Source of the DNA: an uncultured delta proteobacterium
GTDB lineage: Bacteria > Myxococcota_A > UBA9160 > UBA4427
Assembly (NCBI GenBank): GCA_963822965.1
Contig: CAWGJT010000006.1
Location: 128,001 to 192,000, forward strand
Direction: 5' to 3'
Length of the DNA stretch: 64,000 nucleotides
Of the stretch, positions 20,361 through 32,173 are shown piece by piece; positions within the stretch are counted from its first letter, which is position 1; every line of letters starts with the position of its first letter. The position numbers and the translations under genes were made by a program. The notes beneath the pieces were generated by a model. It worked only from the letters and a program-made list of their open reading frames with translations. It was not told the DNA's origin and did no database searches.

Positions 20361-21440
20361 ATGGCCAGCGAAACCGGGAGGAAGGTGTCTGCCGTGGGGG
20401 CTTCGCTCCGGACCGCCGGCGTCGCGCTGCTGTCCCTCGTCAGCCTCGCCTGCTGCCTCGGCACGGGGTCTCGCGTTCTTGCGGACGCGGGTCCCACCCC
20501 CGTCGACGCCCGAGAACGCCTGCCCGTGGACGGCGCGAGCCTCTCTCTCGTCACGCGGGGAGTCGATCGATCCGCACCCATCCTGCTGTGGCTCCACGGA
20601 GGGCCCGGAGGCGCGGAGAGCCCCCTGTTCCGCCTCTTCGACGGGGCGCTCGAGGACCACTTCGTCGTCGCGTACTGGGACCAGCGCGGCGCCGGGAGAT
20701 CCTTCGATCCGGACGCCGATCCGGCGCTTCTCACCATCGACCGACACCTCGCCGACCTCGACGCGGTGGTCGATCGTCTGACGGCGACCTTCGGGCGCGC
20801 GCGGGTCATCCTGGTCGGCCATTCCTGGGGCTCGGCGCTGGGACTCCTCTACGCACAGCAGCACCCCGAGAAGGTGGCGGCCTTCGTGGGCGTGGGACAG
20901 GTGGTCTCCGTGCGGGCGCAACGGCGGGCGCAGTACGAGTTCGTGCGCCGCGAAGCGGAGCGTCTCGGCGACGACTCGGCGCTCGAGACGCTCCGGGAGA
21001 TCGGCGAGCCGCCGTGGTCCGCCGAGCAGGATCTCGCCGTGGGCAGGCTCGTCGACCGCTTCGGCGGCCTCTTCCACCAGCGCCCGAGCTTCTTCTGGAC
21101 GGTGCTGCGCGGCGTCGGCCGGGGGATCGTCACCCCCTGGGAGATTCCCCGCTTCATCCGCGCGAACGAGATCTCCCTCGAAGCCATGAACGACGAGCTG
21201 CAGGAGCTCGACCTGCGCCGGCGGGTTCCGCGGGTCGAGGTGCCCGTCTTCTTCTTCCTCGGCCGCTGGGACCGGAAGACGGACCCGCGCCTGGCCGCCG
21301 CGTACCTCGAGCAGCTCGAGGCGCCGGAGAAGGAGTGCGTGTGGTTCGAGAACGCCGCCCACAACGTGCCGTTCGAGGAGCCGTTGCGCTTCCAGGAAAC
21401 GCTCGTGCGCGTGCTGCGGGAAGCCCAGATCGCGCGGTGA
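20361..21440 (+). CDS. Exported alpha/beta hydrolase, proline iminopeptidase-like
   Basis: Signal-like N-terminus, LHGGPGG, WDQRGAGRS, GHSWG, FENAAHNVPFEEP. Confidence 0.88.
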   Translation: MASETGRKVSAVGASLRTAGVALLSLVSLACCLGTGSRVLADAGPTPVDARERLPVDGASLSLVTRGVDRSAPILLWLHGGPGGAESPLFRLFDGALEDHFVVAYWDQRGAGRSFDPDADPALLTIDRHLADLDAVVDRLTATFGRARVILVGHSWGSALGLLYAQQHPEKVAAFVGVGQVVSVRAQRRAQYEFVRREAERLGDDSALETLREIGEPPWSAEQDLAVGRLVDRFGGLFHQRPSFFWTVLRGVGRGIVTPWEIPRFIRANEISLEAMNDELQELDLRRRVPRVEVPVFFFLGRWDRKTDPRLAAAYLEQLEAPEKECVWFENAAHNVPFEEPLRFQETLVRVLREAQIAR

Positions 21441-21622
21441 CGCCGGGCCGCGCGGCGGCCGGAACCGGTCTCCCCGACCCGGACCGAGGCCCTCGGGCGC
21501 CTGCCCGCTTCGTCGAAGAGGGATCGCCCGGCGCCTCGTGACCCCCGTTCAGGTCGTCCCGCCGTGCGAGCGAGGCCGCTACCTTCCCCGCCCTCGATCA
21601 CTCCAGGGGTTGTGACTTGGCC

Positions 21623-23333
21623 ATGTCGACGAGCGCCGACCTCGATCTCCCGCCCTACGATCCGCAGCGCATCCTCGAAGCGCCCTTCCCGGAACGGGTG
21701 AGGCTCGTGTGCCGTACCTGGGCCTCCCAGGTGAATCCCAATCCCGCCATCGTGCTGGTGATGTACTGGGCGAAGTACCTGCTGCTCTTCGTCGGGGGCT
21801 GGGCGTTCTTCGTCTCCTTCTCCGCCGGCTATCCGGGCTTCACGTCGCCGGGCGGGTGGGCGTTCACGACCGGCGCGTTCCAGAAGGCGATCCTGTGGGC
21901 GATCTTCTACGAGCTGGCGGGCTTCGGGTGCGGCTCGGGGCCCATGAACGCGCGCTTCTCCCCGCCGATCGGCGGCTTCCTCCACTTCCTGCGTCCGGGC
22001 ACCACGAAGCTGCCGCTCCTTCCCGGTGTCCCCGTCTTCGGCGGGACCCGGCGCACGGCGCTCGACGCCGCGCTCTATGCGGCGAACCAGCTCCTGCTGC
22101 TGCGCGCGCTGCTCGCGCCCGAGGTGACCCCGGCGCTCCTGGCGCCCGGCTTCGTGCTGATCCCGCTCCTCGGGGTCACGGACAAGACCCTCTTCCTCGC
22201 GGCGCGCGCCGAGCACTACTACGTGGCGCTCGTGTGCCTGACGGTGGCCAGCGCCGACGCGCTGTGGATCTCGGCCTGCAAGGTGATCTGGGGCGCGATC
22301 TGGTTCTGGGCGGCGACGTCCAAGGTCAACGACCACTTCCCGTCGGTCATCATGGTGATGATGAACAACGGGCCGTTCTTCCCGAAGTGGCTCAAGAAGC
22401 GGCTCTTCGTCGCCTACCCCGACGACCTGCGCCCCTCGCTCGATGGCCGTCTTCATGGCGCGCATGGGCACGTTCACCGAGTACATGATCCCGCTGGTCC
22501 TGCTCACCAGCCACAGCCCGCTCGTCACCGGCGTGGCGCTCTTCGTGATGTGCGGCTTCCACGGGTTCATCGCGCTGAACAACCCGAGCGGCATGCCCAT
22601 CGAGTGGAACATCCTGATGATCTACGGCGGCATCTTCCTGTTCGGCTTCCACCCGGAGGCGAGCCTCCTGGCCCTGGGCCAGGCGCCGTGGCTGGTCGCT
22701 CTTCCTGTTCTTCTGTCTCTTCGTCGTGCCGGCCTACGGCAACTTCGTGCCCTCCGCGCGTCTCCTTCCTGCTGTCCATGCGCTACTACGCGGGCAACTG
22801 GGCCTACAACATCTGGCTCGTCCGCAAGGACGCCATCCCGAAGCTCTCCCGGCTGACGAAGGCCGCGGGCACCATGCGCGAGCAGCTCGAGAAGCTGCTG
22901 CCCGATCCGATGGCGGTGGAGACGGCCCTCGCGCTGTCGCTCGCCCACCGCTTCATGCACCTGGAGGGCCGTCCCCTGCTCGAGGCGCTGCCACGCGCGG
23001 TCGACGACATCGACGACTACGAGTGGATGGACGGCGAGATCGTCGGCGGCATGGTGCTCGGCTGGAACTTCGGCGACGGCCACCTGAACGGGACGCAGCT
23101 GCTCGAGGCGGTGCAGGCGCAGTGCGGCTTCGAGCCGGGCGAGCTGCGCGTCGTGATGGTCGAGTCGCAGCCGCTCTTCGGCCGCACGATGCAGTGGAAG
23201 ATCGTCGACGCCGCGAGCGGCGTGCTCGAGGAGGGCGAGACGCGAGATCGCGCCGATGCGGAGCCTCCAGCCCTGGCCGACCGGCGAGCACGCCCGGGCG
23301 TTCCTGCGCGGCCCCGCCGACCGGATCGCCTGA
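21623..23333 (+). CDS. DUF3556-type transmembrane protein (frameshifted)
   Basis: FQKAILWAIFYELAGFGCGSGPMNARF.PPIGGFLHFLRPGTTKLP, DKTLFLAARAEHY, SMRYYAGNW, GWNFGDGHL, spread over three frames. Confidence 0.82.
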
Positions 23334-23345
23334 GGCGGCGCCGAA

Positions 23346-24782
23346 ATGCCGGAGCGCGAACCGGAAGCCGTCGTGATCGGCTCCGGCCCGAACGGGCTCG
23401 CGGCCGCGGTGGCCCTGGCGCGGGCGGGCGTCTCGGTGCGGGTCGTCGAGGCCGACGACGAGATCGGCGGCGGTACGCGCAGCGCCGAGCTCACCCTGCC
23501 CGGCTTCCTCCACGACGTCTGCTCCGCCGTCCACCCGATGGGCATCCTCTCGCCCTTCTTCCGCCAGCTGCCCCTGGCCGAGCACGGGCTCGTCTGGCTG
23601 CGGCCGCGCGCCTCGGTCGCGCACCCGATGGAGGGCGAGCCCGCGGTGATGCTCTACCGCTCGCTCGAGCGCACCGCGGCGGGGCTGGGGCGCGACGCGC
23701 GCGGCCTGGTCGCGGCTGGTCGGCCCCTTCCTCGACGACCCCCACGCCCTGCTCGCCGACGTGATGGCGCCGCTGCGCGTGCCCGGGCACCCGCTCCGGA
23801 TGCTGCGCTTCGGCCTGCGCGCCGTCTTCTCGGCCAACCGGCTCGCGCGCCTGTGCTTCCGCGGCGAGCGGGCGCGCGCGCTCCTCGCCGGCTGCGCCGG
23901 CGCACTCGGTGCTGCCGCTCACCCAGCCCCTCACCGCGGCGCTCGGCCGTGCTGTTCGCGATCACCGCCCACGTGGAGGACTGGCCCGTGGCCGCGGGCG
24001 GCTCCCAGGCGATCGCCGCGCGCCCTGGCCTCCTACCTGCGAAGCCTGGGCGGCGAGATCGAGACGGGCCGCCGCATCGAACGCCTGGACGAGCTCCGCG
24101 ACGCGCAGGGTCGTCCTCTTCGACACCTCCCCCGAGCAGCTCGTCCGCATCGCCGGCGACGCGCTTCCCGCCGGCTACCGCCGCCGGCTCGCGCGCTACC
24201 GCTACGGTCCCGGCGTCTTCAAGCTCGACTGGGCCCTCGACGGGCCGATCCCCTGGCAGGACCCGGCGTGCCGCGAGGCCTCCACGGTGCACGTGGGGGG
24301 CACCCTCGAGGAGATCTGCGCCTCGGAGCGCGACATGTACCGCGGACGCCACAGCGAGCGCCCCTTCCTGATCCTCTGCCAGCAGAGCGAGGTCGACGCG
24401 ACGCGGGCACCGGCCGGCCAGCACACGGGCTACGCGTACTGCCACGTCCCCCACGCCTCGACCCGGGACATGAGCGCGGCCATCGAGGCGCCAGGTCGAG
24501 CGCTTCGCGCCCGGCTTCCGCGACCGCATCCTGGCTCGGCACGCCATGGGCCCCGCCGACTTCGAGCGCTACAACCCGAACTACAAGGGCGGCGCCATCA
24601 CCGGCGGCGTCGCCGATCTCTTCCAGCTCTGGAGCCGCCCGGTCGCGCGACTCGATCCCTACTCGACCCCGAACCCGCGCCTGTTCCTGTGCTCGTCCTC
24701 CACGCCGCCGGGCGGCGGCGTCCACGGACAGTGCGGGTACTGGGCGGCGAGATCGGTCCTGAAGCGACTCGGCCGGCGCTGA
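23346..24782 (+). CDS. Phytoene desaturase-like NAD(P)/FAD-dependent oxidoreductase (frameshifted)
   Basis: VIGSGPNGLAAA, GGGTRSAELTLPGFLHDVCSAVHP, FKLDWALDGPIPW, NPNYKGGAITGG, LCSSSTPPGGGVHGQCG. Confidence 0.9.
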
Positions 24783-24821
24783 CGCGCGCACGGCGCGCGG
24801 CGCGCGGGCCTCAGCGCGGCC

Positions 24822-25505
24822 TCACCGAAAGAGCGCACCGCGGAGGATCGGCTCCATGTCGGACCAGATCCCCAGGGGCCACGTGATGGCCGCCGTGCAC
24901 GCCACGATCGCCTCGGTGAGGAAGACCCGCGCGGGCGGGAAGAAGAACACGAGCCCGACGATCACCAGCAGACCGAAGCGCTCCAGACGTCGATACGCGT
25001 CGAGCGCACCGGCCGGCAGGAAGTACTGGAGCACCCGCGAGCCGTCGAGCGGTGGGATCGGGATCAGGTTGAAGACCGCCAGTAGCACGTTCACGAAGAT
25101 GCCGACGGACAGCACCGCGGCCAGCCGGAACCCCGGCGCGGCGAGCCCGAGGGCGGAGAGAAGCGCGAGCACCAGGGCCAGGCCCACCGCCATCGCGAGG
25201 TTGGAGAGCGGACCGGCGGCACCCACCAGGGCCCAGTCCCGGCGCGGGTTGCGCAGGCGCGAGAGGTCCACCGGCACCGGCTTCGCCCCACCGAGGATGA
25301 TCCCCGTGCCGGACAGGATGAGGAAGAGCGGCAGCAGGATGGTGAAGAAGAGGTCGATGTGGGGCAGCGGGTTCAAGGTCAGCCGCCCCCGCTCGCGAGC
25401 GGTGGGGTCGCCCAGCCGATCGGCCACGAAGCCGTGACACGCCTCGTGGGTGGTGATCGCAAACACGACCAGCACCGCGGATCCGGCGACGGTCAGCGGA
25501 TCCAT
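24822..25505 (-). CDS. Site-2 protease family (M50) membrane metalloprotease
   Basis: HEACH zinc motif, LGDPTA..GRLTLNPL.HID, AGPLSN, FNLIPIPPLDG. Confidence 0.93.
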   Translation of the reverse strand: MDPLTVAGSAVLVVFAITTHEACHGFVADRLGDPTARERGRLTLNPLPHIDLFFTILLPLFLILSGTGIILGGAKPVPVDLSRLRNPRRDWALVGAAGPLSNLAMAVGLALVLALLSALGLAAPGFRLAAVLSVGIFVNVLLAVFNLIPIPPLDGSRVLQYFLPAGALDAYRRLERFGLLVIVGLVFFFPPARVFLTEAIVACTAAITWPLGIWSDMEPILRGALFR

Positions 25506-25551
25506 CGGGTCGCTCCCCGGAGCCCATGGGCGCCGGCCTGCCTCGTTGCCC

Positions 25552-26256
25552 TCATGCCTCCCCGATCCTCCGCGCGGCGCTAAGCAGCAAGGGCAGGTCG
25601 ATCTCCCGCAGCTCGGCGATTCGCTCGACCGTGACGTCCGGGGGAGGATAGGTGATTTCCTGGGCCTCGCGGGCGTAGTGGCCCTGTCGCGGGAAGACCG
25701 TCGTGACCCGCTCACCCCACACCTCCTTCACCGCCGTGAGGATCCGGACCTTGTCGTCGACGAGCACGTAGTGCCTCGCCGGGAAGCGCCGCTCGACGTC
25801 CTGCAGCTCCAGCTCCTTGTGGATGTAGACGAGCACCCGCCCTCCGACCGCTGCGCGCAGCCCCGAGCGCTCGATCTTCCGCGGCTGGAACACCGCATCG
25901 CCGTCGGACAGGATGACGGTCGGGCCGAAGGCGGCGAGGTGCTCGATCACGTCCCGCACGCCGGGGAAGACGGACCGGTCGAACGGGTAGTCCAGCAGGA
26001 AGGAGGAGACGTCGAGGAGGCGCTGATCCCGGGGGTGCGTCTCGCGGTACCGCTGGAGCGCACCCAGGTAGTCCACGTAGCCCCGCTCCGTCCGCAGCTG
26101 CTCGAGGATCTCGAAGTACCGCTCCGCGCCGTCCGCGCCGACCTCCCGTACCAGGGTGCGCCGGAGGTCGGCCGTGATCCCGTCATTGTCCAGCAGCGTG
26201 TTGTCCACGTCGAGCAGGAACACCACCGGCGTCTCGGACACCGCCGGAGGCGTCAT
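25552..26256 (-). CDS. HAD-superfamily hydrolase
   Basis: FLLDVDNTLLDND motif I, LSDGD..FQPRKI, LVDDK.RIL. The ATG overlaps the ClC stop codon (ATGA). Confidence 0.9.
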   Translation of the reverse strand: MTPPAVSETPVVFLLDVDNTLLDNDGITADLRRTLVREVGADGAERYFEILEQLRTERGYVDYLGALQRYRETHPRDQRLLDVSSFLLDYPFDRSVFPGVRDVIEHLAAFGPTVILSDGDAVFQPRKIERSGLRAAVGGRVLVYIHKELELQDVERRFPARHYVLVDDKVRILTAVKEVWGERVTTVFPRQGHYAREAQEITYPPPDVTVERIAELREIDLPLLLSAARRIGEA

Positions 26257-28046
26257 TCCGCGTAGAGCTCGCTCGCCTGCGCGAGGGCGTCGGCGATCTC
26301 GACCTTCGTGATGAGTCCGCGCACCGCATCGGGCGTGATCGGCCCCGCAGACTCGACGACGAGGGCGTAGAACGCCCGGCGGGTCCGGATCCCGCTCACG
26401 ATGTCGGCGAGGCGGGTCCGCGGCGCCTACGCGGATCCAGTCGCGGCGAGCGACCTCGCCCAGGGTCGCTTCGCGGCCGGGCTCGATCGAGGGCGCCCAG
26501 CGCGTCGGAGCGTGTCACGACCCCGACGACTTCTCCCCCGTTCACCACCAGGAACCACGAGACGTCGGCGCGCTCCGCCAGCAGGTGCGCCGCTTCGTCC
26601 AGGGTGCTGGACGCCTCCAGGCGCTCCTGCACGGCCTCCATCAGATCCTCCGCACGGTGCAGCTCGTGCACGCTCGTGCGGAGCGACTCCGGGATGATGT
26701 GACCGCGCCGGGTGAGCTTGAGCGAGTAGATGCTGTCGGCGCACCACCGGCTCCGGACGCCGTAGCTCAGCGCCACGGTGATCGTCATCGGGATGATCAC
26801 GTTGTAGTCCAGGGTCATCTCGAAGATCATGACGATCGCCGCCAGCGCCGCACCGGTCGAGCCCCCGACGACGCCCGCCATTCCCGCCACGGCGAAGGCG
26901 GGTGGGCTCACCGCGAACTCCGGAAACGCAGCCGTGGACGAGGATGCCGAGGCCCGCGCCGAAGCGTCGCTCCCATGTACAGCGCCGGGCGAGAAGATCC
27001 CGCCCGAGGCACCGGATCCCAGCGTGAGCGAGGTGGCGAGGAGCTTCAGCACGCACAGCAGCAGGAGCAGCGGCGCGGCGTCGAGGGTTCCGGTGAGCAC
27101 GTCGTTCACGGTGGCGTAGCCGACCCCCTCCACGTAGTAGTGACCGGTGGTGCGGAAGAGCACGTAGAAGAGGATTCCGACCATCAGCATCCCGCTCGCA
27201 TGACGGACGTAGTAGCTCGCCGGGCATCCGCTCGAACAGGTCCTCGAACCAGTAGATCGAGCGGATGTAGACGACGGAGACGCAGCCCCATCAGCACGCC
27301 GAGACCGACGAAGGCGAGCAGGACGAACGGACTCGTCAGCTCGAAGTCGGAGGTCTCGAAGCGTCGGGATCACGAAGGAGGGATGGGCGCCGAAGAAGAT
27401 GCGCCCGACGTAGGTGGCGGTCGCGGTGGAGATCGCCACGGGAACGAGCGTGCGGGCGCTCACCTCGAGCATCATGATCTCGACCGCGAAGAGCACGCCC
27501 CCGACGGGCGTGTTGAAGGTGGCCGCGATCCCGCCCGCGGCGCCGGCGGCGATCATGGTCATGCGCTGCCAGACGGGAACGGCGAGCAGCTGACCGATCG
27601 TCGAGCCGAAGGCCGAGCCGATCTGGATGATCGGGCCTTCTCGCCCCACGGCGCCGCCGCTTCCGATCGACAGGGCCGAGGCGAGCGACTTGACGAGCGC
27701 GACCACCGGGCGGATCACCCCGCGGTCGTAGTAGATCGCGTCGACGACCTCGGGGACCCCGTGGCCCTTGGCCTCCGGGGCGAAGTTCTTCACCAGGAAC
27801 GCGACGCCGAGAGCGCCCACCACGGGCACGAGCGACCACCCACGCGCCCCATGGGCTCGCGGGAGTGTGGACGTTGGCGTCGTACACCCAGGAGAGCTGG
27901 CCCAGGAAGAGCAGGTTGTGGAACAGCCCGATCAGGCCGCGAAACAGCGCCGCGCCGAGACCGGCGAACGCGCCGATCGCCACCGAGACGAGGTAGAGCG
28001 AGATGGGGGAGAGACGCCGGACCGGCGGCGCTTGCGGCTCGGCCAC
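26253..28046 (-). CDS. ClC-family chloride channel/Cl-/H+ antiporter with C-terminal CBS pair (frameshifted)
   Basis: GHGVP, GREGP, FAVE, GGIFSP and SIY motifs. GTG 28046 after GAGGGGAGGG. CBS-like C-terminus VRGLITKVEIADAL. Confidence 0.9.
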
Positions 28047-31000
28047 GCTGCCCTCCCCTCTTCCCCTGCTGCGGCTGCTGCGGCTGCTGCGAGTACTTCG
28101 GCCCGATTCCCGCCCGATTCCCGCTCTCGCGAACCGGTGCCCGAGGGCTCGGATAGTCTTCCGCAGCCCGACCCGCGAGGGAAGAGATGGATTGCCGACG
28201 ACCGCGCTCGCGGCTGGGCGGGATCGCCCTCGAAGGCGTGCCCCGACGAGCGCCCGTGGACGACGATCACGTCGGTCGGCAGCCCTACGCGGCGGGCGCC
28301 GAGCACCCGGGACACGGGACCCCAGTCGATCATGCCGTAGAGCGCGACGTGCCGGGTCGCATAGGGAGCCAGCGCTCTCCGCACCGTGCGCTGCTCCCGG
28401 GGGCTCCCGACGCGGTCGGCCAGCTCGGCGCACAGGGCGGCCGTCACGAGCCAGGTGAAGTCCTTCGGAATGCAGAGCTCGCCGCCTACGACGAGCTGCG
28501 AGATGACCTCCCTCCCGAGACCCGGGTCACCGGCACACGCGGCGGCCAGCGCGGCGGCCAGGCGCCAGCCCGCCAGGGGCGTCTGCTGCGACACGTCCGC
28601 CATGAGCGGGGCGAGCTCCGCCAGCCGCCCCTGGAGGCGGCGGAGGGTGAAGAGCTGCATCGCCGTCCACTGCCCCGCCAGCTCGTAGCCCGTGCGTTCG
28701 CCCAGCTGGCTGGCCCGGTCGAGCTCCCGTTCGGCCTGCGCGAGGTCGCCGTCGGCGAGCGCGCGCATGACCCGGTAGTGCGCGTGGTGCCAGGCGTAGA
28801 CCAGCTCGGCATCCGCACCCAGCAGCTTCTCGTGATCCGCGAGCACGCCGTCCACGCCGGCCGGGTCGCCCGTCTCCACCAGGTCGGCCACCAGGTCCAT
28901 CTGGGCATCGTGGATGCGGTGGGAGTCCCCGAGCGCGTACGCGAGATCGAGCTGCTCCCGGGCGGACGCCTCGCGCCAGGGCAGGTTGTCCGGGCTCCAG
29001 CAAGCGAAGTGCGCAGCGCGCAGAGAATCGCAGACCAGCTCCGGCGCACCGATCTCCCGCGCACGCCGGACGGCCGCGGCCGCGAGCCGCTCCCGGCGTG
29101 CGCGGTGCTCGTCGCCCTGCAGCGCCTGGGCGAGCCGACCCCACACCCGGACCGCCAGCGCGTCCCGCCGATCGCCCAGTGCATCCGCCGCCTCTTCGAG
29201 GAAGCGAACCCGGACCGGATCGATGCCGGGGCTCTCCTCCACGCCGGCGAACGAGAGGGCCGACCGCACCAGCAGGTCCACCTGCCCGACGAATCGCGCC
29301 CGCTCTCCCGCAGAGCGCAGCTCGACACGTCCCTGGGCCACCTCGCCGGCCTGGACCAGCGTCTCGCCCAGCTCGATGCGCGCCTCGATCGCCTGCGCCG
29401 CGGCGAAGGCCACGGGCTCGCGGGGCGCCATGATCTCCAACGCCGTCCGGAGCAGCGCCGCGGAATCGGCGAAGCTCTGGCGCTCGCGCAGGCGGCGCGC
29501 GGCCCGGCGCAGATGGGTGACCGCCTCGGTGGCCCGGCTGGCCGACGGCGATCGCAGCAGATGGTGGGCAACGGCGACGGGCTCCCCGTCTCCGCCCCCG
29601 CGGCGGATCAGGGCATCGGCGAGCCCGGCGTGCGCCCGTCCGATGGCGCCGGTCGGCGCCTCTGCAATCAGACACTCGGCCACCAGGGCGTGCACGAACC
29701 GGAAGCGCACGTCGGACCCGTCCGTCGCCTCGAGCAGGCGCGCCCCGCGCGCTTCGTCGAGCCAGGCGTGGACCCGATCCATCGCCGTGTCCAGAGCGTC
29801 ACCCACCAGCGCGGCGTCGAAGTCCCGGCCCGCCACCGCGGCCGTCGTGAGGAAGGCCCGGCACGCAGGCGACACGGTGAGGAAGCGTCGCGTCATCACC
29901 TCGCGCGAGAGCGAGGGCAGAGACCCCGCGAAGCCTTTCGAGCCGCCTGCAGGCTCGAAGGGCTCCGACACCCGGGCCAGCTCGAGCAGGAGGAACGGGT
30001 TGCCGGCGGTTCGATCCAGCCAGTCCTGCGCCTCCGCATGGCCGAGCTCGCGCCCCAGGACGTCTCGCGCCAGCCGACGGATCTCCTCGACGCCGAGAGC
30101 GCCCAGCTCGATGAGCCGCGCTTCGGGATGCTCACCCAGACGCAGGAGCCGCGCGTGCTGGTCGATGCGGGCCTGCCACTCGCTGTTGCGGGCCGTCGCG
30201 ACGAGCAGCAGGGGAAGCTCCCGAAGCTCATCCACCAGCACCGCGAGAAGATCCAGAGAGGCGAGATCCGCGCGATGCAGATCCTCGAGGACGATCACCA
30301 GCCCCCCGCTCCCGGTGGCCCCCTCGAGCAACGCGCGGAGATGTCCGGCCAGCCGGAAGCTCGCCTGGACGGAGTCGTCGCGGGTCGGGTCGCGGGTCGG
30401 TGCGGCCGCCCGGACACCGATCCAGTCGCGCAGCTCCGGGAAGTGCTCGAGCAGCACTCCCCGAGCGACTTCGGAGAGCGTGTCGGGCTGGATGCACCCT
30501 TGCCGGAACAGGCACCGCAGCACCTGCACCCACGGCGCGAAGTGGCTCCGCGGACCGAGCTCCGGAACGCGCCCCAGTGCACCCACGACTCCGTGCGCCG
30601 GGAGACGATCCAGCAGGCGCGACACGAGCCAGCTCTTGCCGATTCCGGGCTCTCCCAGAATCATCACCAACCGGCCGGCGCGAGCCGGACGCCCGGAGGC
30701 CGCGGCTTCGAGCTCGGCGAGCAGCCGCTCGCGGCCGCCGCCCGGGGACGCCCGGGCCGGGAACGCCCCGCGCGCCTCGCCGACCGGCGGCGCCTGGGTG
30801 GGGCCGTTCAGCAGGTAGCCGCGACCGCGGACGGTTCGCAGACGCTCGGGGTCGAGGCCGTTCTCCCGGAACACGCGCCGCGCCTCCTTGACGGCGCGGG
30901 CGATCGCCCAGTGACTGACGGACGTGCCTCCCCAGACCTCTTCGAGCAGCTCCTCCTTCGAGACCACGCGATCGGCATGCACCGCCAGAAAGAGGATCAG

Positions 31001-31129
31001 ATCGAAGACCAGAGGCTCGACGGCGACGCTGCGTGAACCGATCCACAGCTCCCTCCGAAGACCGTCGATCCGCCAGTCGTCGAAACACACCCGCACGTCG
31101 ATGCCTCGACCGGCTCCAGGGCCGGACAT
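27932..31129 (-). CDS. Winged-helix (OmpR-type DNA-binding) + AAA/STAND ATPase transcriptional regulator; C-terminus uncertain
   Basis: [42 protein letters not shown] Walker [10 protein letters not shown] Walker B, TAGNPFLL, then helical repeats. Start may be GTG 31096. Confidence 0.85.
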   Translation of the reverse strand: MSGPGAGRGIDVRVCFDDWRIDGLRRELWIGSRSVAVEPLVFDLILFLAVHADRVVSKEELLEEVWGGTSVSHWAIARAVKEARRVFRENGLDPERLRTVRGRGYLLNGPTQAPPVGEARGAFPARASPGGGRERLLAELEAAASGRPARAGRLVMILGEPGIGKSWLVSRLLDRLPAHGVVGALGRVPELGPRSHFAPWVQVLRCLFRQGCIQPDTLSEVARGVLLEHFPELRDWIGVRAAAPTRDPTRDDSVQASFRLAGHLRALLEGATGSGGLVIVLEDLHRADLASLDLLAVLVDELRELPLLLVATARNSEWQARIDQHARLLRLGEHPEARLIELGALGVEEIRRLARDVLGRELGHAEAQDWLDRTAGNPFLLLELARVSEPFEPAGGSKGFAGSLPSLSREVMTRRFLTVSPACRAFLTTAAVAGRDFDAALVGDALDTAMDRVHAWLDEARGARLLEATDGSDVRFRFVHALVAECLIAEAPTGAIGRAHAGLADALIRRGGGDGEPVAVAHHLLRSPSASRATEAVTHLRRAARRLRERQSFADSAALLRTALEIMAPREPVAFAAAQAIEARIELGETLVQAGEVAQGRVELRSAGERARFVGQVDLLVRSALSFAGVEESPGIDPVRVRFLEEAADALGDRRDALAVRVWGRLAQALQGDEHRARRERLAAAAVRRAREIGAPELVCDSLRAAHFACWSPDNLPWREASAREQLDLAYALGDSHRIHDAQMDLVADLVETGDPAGVDGVLADHEKLLGADAELVYAWHHAHYRVMRALADGDLAQAERELDRASQLGERTGYELAGQWTAMQLFTLRRLQGRLAELAPLMADVSQQTPLAGWRLAAALAAACAGDPGLGREVISQLVVGGELCIPKDFTWLVTAALCAELADRVGSPREQRTVRRALAPYATRHVALYGMIDWGPVSRVLGARRVGLPTDVIVVHGRSSGHAFEGDPAQPRARSSAIHLFPRGSGCGRLSEPSGTGSRERESGGNRAEVLAAAAAAAAGEEGRAAWPSRKRRRSGVSPPSRSTSSRWRSARSPVSARRCFAA

Positions 31130-31401
31130 GGAAACGTGTAGCGGCAAGATCGGTCCTTCGCATTCCCGAGGGAACCGGCGCCAGCGCCGGCGCCCCAGGG
31201 CCGTGCAGAACGTCCCGGCGACTCGTCCGACAGCTCGCCGCCCACGTAGCCCGGGGGCGGCGACACCCCCACGCCGACAGCCATCGACCCGGGGCCGCAC
31301 CACCGTCGACCTGGGCGACCTGGGCGACCTGAGCGACATCGGGACCGAGCGCGGGCTCCTCTTTGTAGAAAGCCGCACGGGAGTCCGCAGCGGGGCAGCT
31401 T

Positions 31402-31417
31402 CGGCATGGTCCTCGCA
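31402..31417 (+). promoter_or_regulatory. Putative sigma54 promoter
   Basis: CGGCATGGTCCTCGCA (GG-N10-GC), ~60 nt upstream of ATG 31479. Confidence 0.45.
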
Positions 31418-31478
31418 CGTCTATCCCTCGAGGCGAACGAGCCCAACCACCGCATCCAACCACACGAGGAGACATTCC

Positions 31479-31829
31479 ATGACACACGAATCGAAGGCGA
31501 AGCAACCGAGCACCGCGCGACGCCTCGCCAAGACGGCGGCGGACATCGCGATCGGGGGAACCGCGCTGGTGGCGGACAAGGCGATCGAGGCCGTCGACGA
31601 GGTGGTCGAGCGGGCCGAGGAAACCTTCCGCGAGGGGCGACGCGAGGCTCGCAGGACCGCGCGCCTCGCGACGCGGAGCGCGCACGAAGCGATCACGGAC
31701 TCCGACAGTCGAAGCTACGAGGACCGGACGCGGGACGAGCTGTATGCCCTCGCGGCGGAGCGCGGGATCGAGGGGCGGTCGTCCATGCGTAAGGCCGAGC
31801 TGATCGACGCGCTTCGGGCCAGGCGCTGA
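31479..31829 (+). CDS. Small protein with C-terminal Rho_N-like (HeH) domain
   Basis: [43 protein letters not shown]. Confidence 0.82.
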   Translation: MTHESKAKQPSTARRLAKTAADIAIGGTALVADKAIEAVDEVVERAEETFREGRREARRTARLATRSAHEAITDSDSRSYEDRTRDELYALAAERGIEGRSSMRKAELIDALRARR

Positions 31830-32094
31830 TCCGGAGGTCCGTGCGTTCGCGCACGGTGGGACTGCGCCGCGGACGTGACGCGCAGCCGTCGGATTCGGGA
31901 ATCTCGGCTCACGAGCCGGGAGCCGTCCTGCACGCCCGCTGCCAAAGCCGTCTAACGCGCACCCGGGCGCCCGGTCTTCTGCTCGTGTAGTTCGCACAAA
32001 AGGGGGATCGACTGCCCGAGCACCGCACGGCCCGCGGGTGGTGGGGCCGGGCCGAGGGAACCGCAAATCACCCGAGCGTGGGGAGGACCCCGGC

Positions 32095-32110
32095 TGGCAT
32101 GGGCGTTGCA
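32095..32110 (+). promoter_or_regulatory. Putative sigma54 promoter
   Basis: TGGCATGGGCGTTGCA, near-consensus TGGCAC-N5-TTGCW. Confidence 0.7.
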
Positions 32111-32173
32111 CAATCCCCGGACGGTTGCGCAATCCCCGCACGATTGGACACACGGAGAGGAGACAGCACGTAC

